Positions 12,601-25,599 of a DNA stretch of 64,000 nt are shown here, one piece after another. Both the position numbers and the translations under genes were made by a program. The notes beneath the pieces are model-generated. The model had not been told where the DNA came from. It searched no databases and saw only the letters and a list, made by a program, of their open reading frames with translations. The DNA comes from Octopus sinensis (lineage: Eukaryota): positions 102,796,001 to 102,860,000 of the forward strand of contig NC_043006.1 of the NCBI RefSeq assembly GCF_006345805.1. The letters are read 5' to 3'. The number at the start of each line of letters is the position of its first letter. The first letter of the stretch is position 1.

Positions 12601-13121
12601 AATGGTGAAATGAGGTCTTGAAAACATAAAGAGACGAAATCACCGACACCACCTACCACCACCACCTACCCCCACCACCTACCATTATCATCACAACCGT
12701 TACGTCGACGACGACACCACCACCACTACAGTCACCACCGCCGCCGCCGCCGCCACTGACGGTTCATCTTTTCATCAACATTAACATTGAATAGGCAACT
12801 GAGAGATATTGCTACATTTGTAATAAACTAACATGGAAACACGATATCCCTGAGGATTACATGGTTGGTGAATATTTTAAAAGCAACTGCAGCCATATTT
12901 TCTCTCTTTCTCCCTCCCCTTCTCTCCCTCCCCCTCTCTCTCTCACACACACATACATAAAGATATACTGTGGCTGACACATACATAGAAACATATATAC
13001 ACAGATACAATCATACGCCTCTGGCTGGTTTTAACTTTAATCGGTGGAAATTTACAAAAGTGACTCAAATCGAGTTTTGCTGAATAAAGATAATAAATCG
13101 GCGTGTGTATATATATATACG

Positions 13122-13310
13122 TGTGGAGGCGCAATGGCCCAGTGGTTAGGGAAGCGGACTCGCGGTTGTAGGATCGCGGTTTCGATTCCCAGACCGAGCG
13201 TTGTGAGAGTTTATTGAGCGAAAACACCTAAAGCTACACGAGGATCCGGCAGGGGGTGGTGGCGATCCCTGCTGTGCTCTTTCGCCACAACTTTCTCTCA
13301 CTCTTTCTTC
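13122..13310 (+). mobile_element. SINE family B, 3'-truncated
   Basis: Family B head and first half of the body. Confidence 0.85.
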
Positions 13311-13604
13311 TGATGGGGTGGCGTCATTTGAAGGCTAAAACAATGCGAAGCGCATTGTGACCAGCGATGTGTAGCAACATCTGATAGCCTAGTCGGTCAC
13401 GTAATCACGTGATATATACGTAAACACGTGTATTGAGTCGTATTCTTCCTGCTTGTTCTATCAGGCTTACAAAACACACACACACATTTGTACGTATATA
13501 CATAATACATACATACATACATACATACACACACATATATAAGCATACATGTATATACGTATGTTTGTGTTTGTGTGTGTGTTGTATATATACATATACA
13601 TGCA

Positions 13605-13920
<316 letters not shown>

Positions 13921-14415
13921 TCTAAATTCTTCAGATTGTTTCAGCTTTAAAGCTGCGGTCATGCGGTCATATGTATACATATATATCTAGAAGGTTGTTT
14001 GTTATGGTCGGTTACAGAATGACCATCGGTTCCGCACCCGTAAAGTACTTAAGCTGTTTGAGCGACTCGTCAAACTCAAATGGCCAGAGACTTATAACAT
14101 CTCTACAACTGGAGATAATAAAACATTATGGCCAGCATCATCATCGTCACTCTGTGACCGGGCATAACAAACAGCTTCCTAAATAATACAGCTGTAATGT
14201 TTTAGAGTGTGCTTCTTTTCGGATATATGAACTAATGTATTGATAACAACTACATCAACGACATCGATTGGAAAACAGAAATACACGAACATCATCAATA
14301 GTACAGGCTCACGTAGATGCTGGAAAGAGCCGTCTAGTCTACTCAAGTTAAACAAAGAAGAACACTGATGACTGACACACACACACACGCACGCACACAC
14401 ACACACACACACACA

Positions 14416-14452
<37 letters not shown>

Positions 14453-14569
14453 AGAAATGAAAAAATAAATTGAACAATTATAAATTCAATTCAATTTAAA
14501 TATCTTATACAATTGACACATTTCATAAACCTTAGGTGTTTTTTTTACAACTAGCTAAATTGTCATATA

Positions 14570-14754
14570 CTCTTTACTCTTTACTCTTTTGCTTGTTTCA
14601 GTCATTTGACTGCGGCCATGCTGGAGCACCGCCTTTAGTCGAGAAAATCGACCCCGGGACTTATTCTTTGTAAGCCCAGTACTTATTCTATCGGTCTCTT
14701 TTGCCGAACCGCTAAGTGACGGGGGGACAAACACAGACACACAAACACACACAC

Positions 14755-14805
<51 letters not shown>

Positions 14806-14944
14806 TACGACAGGTTTCTTTCAGTTTCTGTCTACCAAATCCACTCCCAAGGCATTGGCCGGCCCGGGGCTATAGCAGAAGACACTTGCCCAAGATGCCA
14901 CGCAGTGGGACTGAAGCCGGAACCATGTGGTTGGTTAGCAAGCT
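14570..14944 (-). mobile_element. SINE family C (head-body, internal TA/TG tract, tail ending TGACTGAAACAAGTAAAAGAGTAAAGAG)
   Basis: Reverse complement of 15451-15893, with the 5' end lost in (TA)n. Confidence 0.85.
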
Positions 14945-14976
14945 ATATATATATATATATATTATATATGTAAATA

Positions 14977-15448
14977 CTAGCTGACGTATCTGGTAATTCC
15001 CGGAAAAGCGGGTCTTATCCCTTGGCTTCGTTCTCATAATTATTTCGTTAATCCGATAACAACAATACCGAACTGTCTTACATAGAGTCCTGTTTTTAGG
15101 AGATCCCTGTAAGTCATGGATACCCAAATCGTGGAGTCAGTTACGTAATAACATGGAATTAGTTACCCGATAGGAAGAATTCAAATAAAGTAGCCCCGAA
15201 AAGGGCTTTAATGCGTTCCCACAGAATATAGAGTTTAGGGGGCAATACCTATAAGGTATTTATACCAAAATTGTGAAGCATGTTACGTAATAACCGGCTA
15301 ATCGGATATAAGATAATAACAATTCAAAGTAAATAACTCTGAAGAGGGCTTTTGTGCATTCCCAGAGAATACAACCCTCAGGGACGCTAGTGTTGAAATA
15401 GATTTATAATGAATGTGGAAATAGACTGACATTTAGTTTTACTATAGA
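14977..15448 (-). mobile_element. Non-autonomous Helitron-like element
   Basis: On the minus strand it ends in a short hairpin (CCCG..CGGG) followed by CTAG|T at 14977, and begins TCTATAGTAAAACTAAATGTCAGTCT. It contains two degenerate about 115-bp internal repeats starting TTACGTAATAAC. Confidence 0.6.
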
Positions 15449-15450
15449 CA

Positions 15451-15615
15451 TAGGCGCAGGAGTGGCTGTGTGGTAAGTAGCTTGTTTACCAACCACATGG
15501 TTCTGTGTTCAGTCCCACTGCGTGGAACCTTGGGCAAGTGTCTTCTACTATAGCCTCGGGCCGACCAAAGCCTTGTGAGTGGATTTCGTAGACGGAAACT
15601 GAAAGAAGCCCGTCG

Positions 15616-15665
<50 letters not shown>

Positions 15666-15893
15666 ATATGCGTGTGTGTGTTTGTGTGTCTGTGTTTGTC
15701 CTCCTAGCATTGCTTGACAACCGATGCTGGTGTGTTTATGTCCCCGTTTCTTAGCGGTTCGGCAAAAAGAGACCGATAGAATAAGTATTGCGCTTACAAA
15801 AAGAATAAGTCCCGGGGTCGAGTTGCTCGATTAAAGGCGGTGCTCCAGCATGGCCGCAGTCAAATGACTGAAACAAGTAAAAGAGTAAAGAGT
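15451..15893 (+). mobile_element. SINE family C, full length
   Basis: Head TAGGCGCAGGAGTGGCTGTGTGGTAAG..GTTCAGTCCC, internal (TA)n/(TG)n, tail GCATGGCCGCAGTCAAATGACTGAAACAAGTAAAAGAG. Confidence 0.9.
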
Positions 15894-16008
15894 ATACAAA
15901 TATATTTGCATATAGATTTAAAACGAAATAACATGTAGATTATCAATAGATTTACAACACTTACAAATATTACAGGTAAATAATAAACACCTGATGATTT
16001 GGTGAATC

Positions 16009-17792
16009 TTATTGAGCTTGCAGAGCTTCTTGATAAACAACATTTTTGGTCTTTCTTTGTGGGGCATAAATAAACAAATGATTAGGATTGCCGACTCTTC
16101 AGCATCCCACATAAAGTTGTCCATGGGAGAAAACTGGATCCGCAAGGTTCAGACCTACCACATCCAAGGACTGCCCCTGGTCCTCGCTAATGCCCATTAC
16201 AAAGCTCAGTTTCAACGGCAATTGAAGGCGCTTGTACTGGAAAGGTATATCCGAAGGAACAAGTGGAATTCTGAGAAATTGACTGGTAAAGCAAGCTCAC
16301 CGCTCCAAGACTGTTAGCATAATCTTTTTTATTATAAGTCGTGTGCCATTGCAAAGCTTTGGTGGATCGAGGTTTCGAAGCAGCATAACTGGTGACTCAG
16401 TGGTAGGACGATTTTACGTTGGCATTTACCTCATCAGCTCTTGTCCCCTTTGGAACCACGGGAAGGGTTCGTCTAAAGTCTCCTGCCAGCAAGACTGTGG
16501 AACCTCCCACAAGACTGGTGTTGTGCCTCAGATCCCGAAGAGCCATGTCAAGAGTTTCAAAGTAAACCTTAGGTGTCATTATCACCTCATCCCAGATGAT
16601 CAACCTGCATTCACTCAGAAGTTTGCCTTTTATACAACCACGACAGATGATGCAGTTTTCCTTCTCTTTCTTGGACAGGTCCAAAGAGAGTTTGAAACAG
16701 GAATGAGCTGTGCGGTCACCGCTTAGCAGAGTTGCCGCTATTCCACTTGACGCCGCTGCTATGGCAATGTGTTTCATTTGGCGCAGTTTAACAAGAAGAA
16801 GGTTGATGACAAATGTCGTGCCAGTTCCACATGGAGCATCCAGAAAGAAAAGACCTCCTCTTTCACTTTCGGTGCTCGAAATAGTGATCTTATAAATCCC
16901 AGTTGGTCCACCATCAGCTTGCCTTCGCTATCAGTTATATACACCGTCAATTCCTCAATGCCATAGCGGGTTTCTCGCAGGTACTCAATTGCGAGATTGT
17001 TTGCTGTCTTGACCTCCGGTGTCCAGGTCAAGTAATGCCTCATTGTAAATAGCGTTATTGTATTTGGCAGTTTCCGCTGCGGTTTACCTTTGAATCCTTT
17101 GTAGAATGTTCTCTGCCAAGCTGAATTTGTGGGTCACCCAAAGCTTGAAAGGTTCACCCAAGCCACATATCATCAACATGATAGAAAATAGCTGGCGCAG
17201 TTGACTTGGTGCTCTACCGACTGCTGCCTCCTCCAGTGTCTGGTCCCAGTGAGCATCATTCTCCAGTAATCCATGTTGAACACAAGATTCTTTGTAAGTC
17301 GTGCAGACTTCCCCATTGTGTCTTCGAAGGTCTGCCAGTGTGCAGCAGTAGACGGAAAAAGAAGCACTCCTGCTGATTAGGGTGCACAGTGCACGCCCGC
17401 CCGATAGCATTACTTCTGGAGACAGAATGTTCTTCCCAGCCCTCAACGCGTGCGCATTGCTTGCGTCTGTTCCATCTATTGTGTGTCCAGGTATAGTTCA
17501 CGGGAACCTCAGCATGCAACAGTGTTCGGGCAAACAGATCACATTGGCATAATTTGAAGAAAACTGTCAAAGTGGTTTATGGAGGATTTAGAACTACGTT
17601 TCGAGCATTGTCTAGTATGAAATATACACGTTGGCCATTTTCAAGATGTACAGGTAGATTCACCACTGTTGGTTGTCGCTCCTGGATTTCGAAGCCCAGG
17701 AGGCGCCACATTGCCTCGTTAGAGGAAATATAACTGCCCAACTTATATTGCTGAATTTCATCTGCTTGTCTGGCCCCCCTGTTCAAGTCCAA
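16009..17792 (-). pseudogene. Helitron RepHel remnant: end of Rep domain plus PIF1-family helicase
   Basis: Diagnostic peptides: DEIQQYKLGSYISSNEAMWRLLGF, HPNQQECFFFRLLL, Walker A-like FFLDAPCGTGTTF (16812-16850), AAASSGIAATLL, LIIWDE, LLAGDFRRTLPV, PVMLLRNLDPPKLCNGTRL, RIPLVPSDIPFQYKRLQLP, PVFSHGQLYVG and the terminal TKNVVYQEAL. Multiple frameshifts and stops. Confidence 0.95.
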
Positions 17793-17794
17793 AC

Positions 17795-17915
17795 ACCGCC
17801 ATAATCAAATGAAGTGCTTTGCTTAAGAACAAAACGCAACGCCCGGTCTGGGAATCGAACCCACGATATCGCAATCGTGAGCGCAAGACATTAACCAATA
17901 AGCCACGCGCCTTCA
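17795..17915 (-). mobile_element. SINE family D head, at the point where the Helitron remnant ends
   Basis: Reverse complement of GAAGGCGCGTGGCTT..GGGTTCGATTCCCAGACC. Confidence 0.75.
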
Positions 17916-17916
17916 T

Positions 17917-17956
<40 letters not shown>

Positions 17957-17960
17957 TATA

Positions 17961-18104
<144 letters not shown>

Positions 18105-18987
18105 GTGTGTGTGTGTGTATAAGAGAAAAAATAAGTTCAAAAAGAAAAATTCAAACTTTTTGAGAGATCCAAAAAGAGAGAAAAAAATGAATTCTAATAA
18201 AGATTCAACATATTCATAAATAACATCCAGAGCAAGTAATAAGAATATGAAAATAATAGTTGAAAAATATCGTTATAGGTATAAATATACTATAAACAAG
18301 TATCAAAAATATGGAGGAGAAAAAGATGTTGAATTAGAATTATATTTAATGCAACATTGGAGTCAATACATACGCATGTTTCAAAGGACAATACAAATAT
18401 GTAAGAAAAACATTATAATCGTAGTAATTATAATTAAATTTATGCATTGTCATTCTCATCAGTGTGAAGAATTTTTGGAAGGACATCAAAAAAGGTTTAA
18501 TAAAGTAAAATAAAATACAATTCAATAAGGGAGAATACAGATGGGGTAATAGGGAAAATCGGATATTTACAAACAAGTTGTAAAAGGGGAAAAGACAGTA
18601 AAATAATATAATGAGAGAGACGAAAGAGAAAAAGGACAGACACATCAATGTGTATGCAATCTATATTTACAGTAAACTATTACAAAAAAAAAAGATCTAA
18701 CGGATATGTTTAAAGAAATAGTACCAAGTCGAGACGAAGTATAATGTAAACAAGGCCACGTGTGTATAGTAGAATATAACACAACAGGTGCACTAGCAGA
18801 AGAACCATAGAGAGTTATATGTATACATATTGATATTGAAAAACGAAAAAAATATATATATTACAAGAGGCTAGAGGTGATAGGCAAGACCATGTTTGTA
18901 AAAGGTAGAATATTCAAGTAAAAATGTACATACAAGCAGAGAACCGAAGAGAACTTAACAAAGAAAAAGCATATATAACAAAGAAAA

Positions 18988-19051
<64 letters not shown>

Positions 19052-19669
19052 CATGCACATGCACTCATACAGTTACATGTACAGAAATACTAACAAATAT
19101 ATGTATAAATGCATCAGTCATAAGGTTTTCACTTACACATTTATACACACCAATACTAATCTATACTTGCATTGTCCTGTCTCACTTAGTAAACGCAAAA
19201 CAACGATCCGTATATATCCACACTGTTAAAAGCAGATGTAAGCTGCGCAGCGAATATGAACGCCTTGTGTGGAGTTCTGGGAAAAAGGAGAACATTTTAG
19301 GGGAACTAACGAGGAAACTTAGAGATCATGTATGCAGGTTAATAGGTTCTCTCTGTAATGCAATGGAAGATATGCATGGAGGCATAGGGATCCGGATTTT
19401 TTAACAAAGAACAAAGCAAACTGACTCGAATCCTTCAAATCTAATCGATTAGTGTTACTGGGAAGATGTCAAAAAACACTTCGAAGATTTTTCCTTTTGA
19501 AAGGAAAACACCGTAGTTTGCACGAAGCGTTGTGATACAAGACTAGAATAATAAATACTTAAGAACTTCTAACAAGACGGAAAGGGAGGTCGTGTAATCC
19601 TTCTCGATTTTAGGCACAAAGTGCCACCATCAGAAGTGAACATTTTATAAATGTGGGTTCATATATATA

Positions 19670-20086
19670 CTCTTTACTCTTTACTCTTTTACTTGTTTCA
19701 GTCATTTGACTGCAGCAATGCCGGAGCAGCGCATTTAGTCGAGCAAATCGACCCCGGGACTTATTCTTTGTAAGCCCAGTACTTATTCTATCGGTCTCTT
19801 TTGCCGAACCGCTAGTTGTGACGGGACGTAAACACACCAGCATCGGTTGTCAAGCAATGCTAGGGGGACAAACACAGACACACAACCACATACACATATA
19901 TATATATATATATACATATATACGACAGGCTTCTTTCAGTTTCCATCTACCAAATCCACTCACAAGGCATTGGTCGACCCGGGGCTATAGCAGAAGACAC
20001 TTGCCCAAGATGCCACGCAGTGGGACTGAACCCGGAACCATGTGGTGGTTAGCAAGCTACTTACCACACAGCCACTCCTGCGCCTA
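19670..20086 (-). mobile_element. SINE family C, full length
   Basis: Reverse complement of 15451-15893. Confidence 0.9.
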
Positions 20087-20793
20087 TATACTGCCATTTT
20101 AATTGCCAAACTTTCCCTTTCCACACTGTTAGAAGCTCTTCTTCTCCATTATTTGTTATTCTCCTTTTGAGTTTCGTGCAATGAACACCAGTACACACTC
20201 GCATATACATACGGCATAAAGCCCACCCCTTTCTCTTTCACTCAAGCTAAAAAGCAGTCACACATTCATGTACTAAAGACATATATATCACACCAGTACG
20301 CGATTGCAAGTATATCCATATATTCCCCGACATGCAATCATACATTTACTAAACTACTCACTAATCCATAGAATTATCCTGATTCAAAGAAGCCTTGTGA
20401 ATTTATTTGTGGACGGCTTCAATTTTGCAAAGAACTTGAATTAATTTAAAAGACAAATGTAAACTACCCTGCTAAAACTCTTCAATCAGGAACCTACATA
20501 GCAACAGTTTAGCATTTAAATGCCCGAAATTATACAATTGTCTTCCAGAAGCTTAAGGTAACTTAACTAATTTCCTTCACCAACCACCATTAAAAGATAT
20601 CTAGACGTATTTCTCTCCTGTGACTTTTCATACCAAAATTAATTATCAGGGTAACATGTTTTACATTTCATTTACAATTCAATTTTTCTATGTTCACTTC
20701 TTTGCATCTGCTAACGCAGACTTTACTATTTTCATACAACATATATACCTAGGTATTTATTCGTCTTTCAATCACTTTCTCACATGTCTACAG

Positions 20794-20895
20794 ACCAAAT
20801 GCAGTGCATAAATGTACTGTGGGACATTTGTGGAAAGCATCTGAACTGGAAAAGATAAATGGAACTTTTTTGGATGAAGAGATAATCGATCGTAG
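20794..20895 (+). CDS. Candidate isolated 102-nt host exon (unverified)
   Basis: Pyrimidine-rich ..GTCTACAG acceptor, AG|GTAACT donor, length a multiple of 3, one open frame (PNAVHKCTVGHLWKASELEKINGTFLDEEIIDR). No family recognised. Confidence 0.2.
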
Positions 20896-21119
20896 GTAAC
20901 TGTGTCTATAAAAAGCAGAGAACCAATCCATTTAATTAACCCGAACGAAAAACTGCATAGTTATATCCTCACTAACTAGTATTAAATGCTACAAACCTCT
21001 CGAAATTAAAGAAAAACGTGGCATGTGATGGTTAATAGTCGCGGTTGATGTTCAAATACTAAAGGAGAAATTAAAAGAGCTTACAGATCTTGTGTTCTGG
21101 CAATAAATTACTATTTGTA

Positions 21120-21274
21120 CGTGGCTATGTGGCAAGAAGTTTGCTTCTCAACCGCATGGTTCTGGGTTCAGTCACATTGCGTGAAACCTTGGGCAATTGT
21201 CTTCCCCTATAGCCTCGGGCTGACCAAAACCTTGTGAGAGTGGATTTGGAAGACGTAAACTGAAATATATAAAA

Positions 21275-21314
<40 letters not shown>

Positions 21315-21650
21315 GTGTGCATGTGTGTGTGTATGTGTGCATGTGTGTGTATGTGTGTGTATGTGTGTGTGTGTGTATGTGTGTGTGTGTGTGCGCGCGT
21401 GTGCGCGCGCACGTATCTTTCTGTCTGCGTTTGTACCTCCTCCCCACCGCTTGACAACCAGTATTGGTGTGTTTACGTCCCCGAAACATTATCGGTTCGG
21501 CAAAAGAGACCGATAGAATAAGTACTAGGCTTTAAAAAAAAATAAATACTGGATAAGTACTAGGGTCGATTCGTTCGACTAAACTTCTTCAAGGTGGTGT
21601 TGCAGCATGGCTGTAATCAAGTGGCTTAAACAAGTAAAAGATTAAAAGAT
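21120..21650 (+). mobile_element. SINE family C, diverged
   Basis: Same head, internal microsatellite and tail order as 15451-15893. Confidence 0.8.
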
Positions 21651-21699
21651 TACCATAGCTAATTTGTACAAATGAATCCAGGGCTATGTATCAACAGAT

Positions 21700-22115
21700 T
21701 TTATTTCTTTATTGCCCACAGGGGGCTAAACACAGAGAGGACAAACAAGGACAGACAAGGCGATTAAGTCCATTACATCGATCCTAGTGATTGACTGGTA
21801 CTTATTTAATCGACCCCGAAAGGATGAAAGGCAAAGTCGACCTCGGCGGAATTTGAACTCAGAACGTAACGGCAGACGAAATACCTATTTCTTTACTACC
21901 CACAAGGGGCTAAACGCAAATGGGATAAACAAGGACAGACAAACGGATTAAGTCGATTACATCGACCCCAGTGCGTTACTGGTACTTATTTAATCGACCC
22001 CGAAAGGATGAAAAGCAAAGTCGACCTAGGCGGAATTTGAACTCAGAACGTTACGGCAGACGAAATACCGCCAAGCATTTCTCCCGGCTTGCTAACGTTT
22101 CTGCCAGCTCGCCGC
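21700..22115 (-). mobile_element. SINE family A: head + two tandem bodies
   Basis: Junction CGAAATACCT|ATTTCTTT at about 21880, the same as in the 60-kb array. Confidence 0.85.
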
Positions 22116-22694
22116 CTTCAAATGTAGCAACAGATTTGCTTACAACTTAGCAATGCAGATGTTTTTTTGTTTTCTGAGAATGAACTAAGCAAACTATGTC
22201 GCCTCCTACAACACCAATCAATTAAGAGCACAGTGTATATTTGTAAAACATTCTAAAGTTTCTTTATTCGAGATTGGTGGAATGAACGTTACACCGAATC
22301 ACAGATGCGCATATGACGCACGCGTACTAAAGAGACGCATGTATTCTCATTACATGAATTTCAGAGATTTTACACATATGTCGACATATTTGCTCGCATC
22401 AACTCGCACTCGTAAATATATATTCACAAAGGTATTCACAAGTCTCCAGAGTGTCATGACTCAAACAAAGAAACTTCGTCATTTTGTCAGTGATCGGCTT
22501 GAGTTTTGTGAACATGAACGGAAATAAATCGCCAAGAAATACACACGAATGAACACACCAATGCACGCATACATACACTCACATATATGTACGCATGTAT
22601 GCATACATACGTTCATACATAGATACGTACATACGTATATACTTACATAAATACATACATACATACATAAATACATAGAAGGGTTCATATATAA

Positions 22695-22762
<68 letters not shown>

Positions 22763-22793
22763 GTGTTTGTATATGTATATATATATATATCTA

Positions 22794-22844
<51 letters not shown>

Positions 22845-23338
22845 ATACATATCAGTGAAGAAAATGTCAAAAATATACGCTTATATAAAAAGAAATGCAA
22901 TCACATGCAATCTAAGATACGCACACACACACACACACACATACATACACACACACACACACACATACAAGCATGCAGGTAACATACACATTTAAAAAAA
23001 TATACGTACATATATCTATGTAAACCCTCCATATATGTGCGTGTGTGTGTGTATGTATGTATGCGTACACACATATATCCATACAAACACAAAATGACAA
23101 CCTCGAAAATACCCATTATTGTATATGCAGACGTATATAGGAACAGAAAGATATTCAAACTTCGTTATAAACGTAGAAAAGAAAATCACGCATACGTATG
23201 CATGCATACACCCAGGAGCCCAATAGTGTACAATGCTCCATAATACAGAATGTATGCATGTGTATGTTGATCAATATCTATCTATCTATCTGTCTATCTA
23301 TCTATCTATGAATGTGTGTATGTTTAGGCATCTAAGTA

Positions 23339-23427
<89 letters not shown>

Positions 23428-23664
23428 GTCTGTCTATCTATCTATCTATCTATCTATCTATTTATTGACGGATGTGATGTCGTTTCAGCTCCGAAGGTAA
23501 TCATTTATTTTGACTATTTATAGGCCAATTTTTGTGTAGATTTTTGCAAATAAGGTGTGTAAGGCAACCAACTTTCATTTGAGTGCTTTTCCAAGGAGGA
23601 ATTCGCCCCTAGGGGCAGTTTCGACCCCATTTCATTTCTGTTATTTTCTTCTCGACATTAGAAA

Positions 23665-25533
23665 ATGTCTAGAAATGTTATTGTTGAACGCTGGTCGCGT
23701 TCTTTTTTGGAACATTTTCCTAGTCTGGAAACGACAGAGAAAAAAAAGAACGTTCGCACGGAAAATGCCAACGTGAAATTCGGTGAAAGGAACGCTGCAA
23801 CCACGTGCGTTAACAGCCCTGTCACCAACGCCACCACCACCACTAACAACAGCAACCACGAGACAACAACTGCTACCACCACCACCTCCACCACCACCAC
23901 CACCACTACCACGACCAACATAAATGATAAAAATAAAACTGAAACGAAAACTATTGACAAAAACAACAGCAACAACAAGAACAACAATAAAAATGAACTA
24001 TCTAATAGTGAAGATGCCAATACAAAAAAGTCAACAACAGTAAATTTCGCAGATATTCTTCGCCAGAAAAAGGAGATTGTTACATTCACAAATGAAGAGC
24101 TCATAGAAACAAGAGCTCTCTTTACAACCCGTGGACAAGATTTAGTCCTGCATACACCTCAACATATAAAACAAGAAATTGAAAATAAGACAATTGTATA
24201 TAAAATTATTAGAAAAAACAAAAAACCAAATGAACAGATTACAAAAACTGATGTGGAGAAATGTTTAAAAAATATAATGAAAGAAAAAGAGTATATAAAC
24301 TGGGGTCCACAGTTTAACACAGTAGTGGTCCGCTTCCCTAACCAGGAAGTGGCAAAAGCTCACTCTACTGAGTCTCTGGGAAATGATGAAATCATCATGG
24401 TCCCTTATTATAAAAACCAGAGGGTGAGTAGAATTACTATCAGAAATGTACCCCCCGATATGCCGAACAAATGGATAACAGGGGCAATCTGTTACCACTT
24501 GAAAAAGATCAATATTCTAGAAACAGCCGTGTACCTAAACGACAATGGGGTGGGAAAAACAGTAGTTGTGACCATCCAGATTGAGGGGGCCTCTATCGAG
24601 AGCCTACCCGACAAGATATACTTGGAGAATGGGCAATGCCTATATGTTATGGCAGAAGGCAAAAAGCCTAGATGCTACAAATGTGGCAGCCCCGAACATT
24701 TGATTGCCAAGTGCGATCTGGTACAGAAAAAACAAGAAAGAACAATTCAGAAAACAAATAAAATCCCTTTGTTGCCAACACCAACACCAACACAATCAAT
24801 TATGGAACAACGCCAAGAAAAACAACAAACCCCAACAACATCACCAAGAAAAACAGTACCAACACAATCACCGTTGACGTCACAACCAATTAAACTTGTT
24901 GAATCTTCAAAAAATCGACCCACACCCACACCCAGGACGACAATTAAAAAGACAGAAAACACTGACGAGAAGACAAATGCTACCCCTAACACCACAACAA
25001 CACAAACACCGCACAAAACATCAACAATTTATACAAGCATACATAGTGATCCTGTTCTTTTTCCTCTACCCCATACTGATACCTCGGACGACGAAAGTTC
25101 GACGGAATGGCAAATAGCCACAGGGGGTAAAAGAAAAAGATCCAAAAAATCCACCAAACAAGGAATTAAAGCAGGGAGATATCTCACTCAGGACAACATT
25201 CCCCTAGACAATCAAAAAAGTAATGAACCCGTAAAACCACACACACAACTAACTGCAATAGACACAGACAATAAAGAATTAATGGACTACATCAAATCTA
25301 ACATGGTCGTCTGTGAAGATGATTTTAAGACAAACAATCATCCGCACACCACACCACCGAAACACATCAGAATTTTACACATAACACAAGCACAACACCA
25401 CATACTGAAAACATTATTTCCGAATGCGGTAGGCGGGTATCAACGATACCTGTCGAAAAAACTATACAAACACCTCATCAAAAACGATACAAAAGAAGAA
25501 GAAAAAAATGAAACTTTTAAAATGAGTAAGTGA
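23665..25533 (+). CDS. LINE ORF1 (Gag-like nucleic-acid-binding protein), 622 aa, intact
   Basis: CX2CX4HX4C knuckle CYKCGSPEHLIAKC (24673-24714) after an RRM-like segment (RITIRNVPPDMP), followed by a Thr/Pro-rich linker. Confidence 0.85.
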   Translation: MSRNVIVERWSRSFLEHFPSLETTEKKKNVRTENANVKFGERNAATTCVNSPVTNATTTTNNSNHETTTATTTTSTTTTTTTTTNINDKNKTETKTIDKNNSNNKNNNKNELSNSEDANTKKSTTVNFADILRQKKEIVTFTNEELIETRALFTTRGQDLVLHTPQHIKQEIENKTIVYKIIRKNKKPNEQITKTDVEKCLKNIMKEKEYINWGPQFNTVVVRFPNQEVAKAHSTESLGNDEIIMVPYYKNQRVSRITIRNVPPDMPNKWITGAICYHLKKINILETAVYLNDNGVGKTVVVTIQIEGASIESLPDKIYLENGQCLYVMAEGKKPRCYKCGSPEHLIAKCDLVQKKQERTIQKTNKIPLLPTPTPTQSIMEQRQEKQQTPTTSPRKTVPTQSPLTSQPIKLVESSKNRPTPTPRTTIKKTENTDEKTNATPNTTTTQTPHKTSTIYTSIHSDPVLFPLPHTDTSDDESSTEWQIATGGKRKRSKKSTKQGIKAGRYLTQDNIPLDNQKSNEPVKPHTQLTAIDTDNKELMDYIKSNMVVCEDDFKTNNHPHTTPPKHIRILHITQAQHHILKTLFPNAVGGYQRYLSKKLYKHLIKNDTKEEEKNETFKMSK

Positions 25534-25599
25534 CCTCACTTCTTGCCTCTTGTCTCTTCTAATATAGTGTGTAAAACACAATTTTCGTAATTGTCAAGT

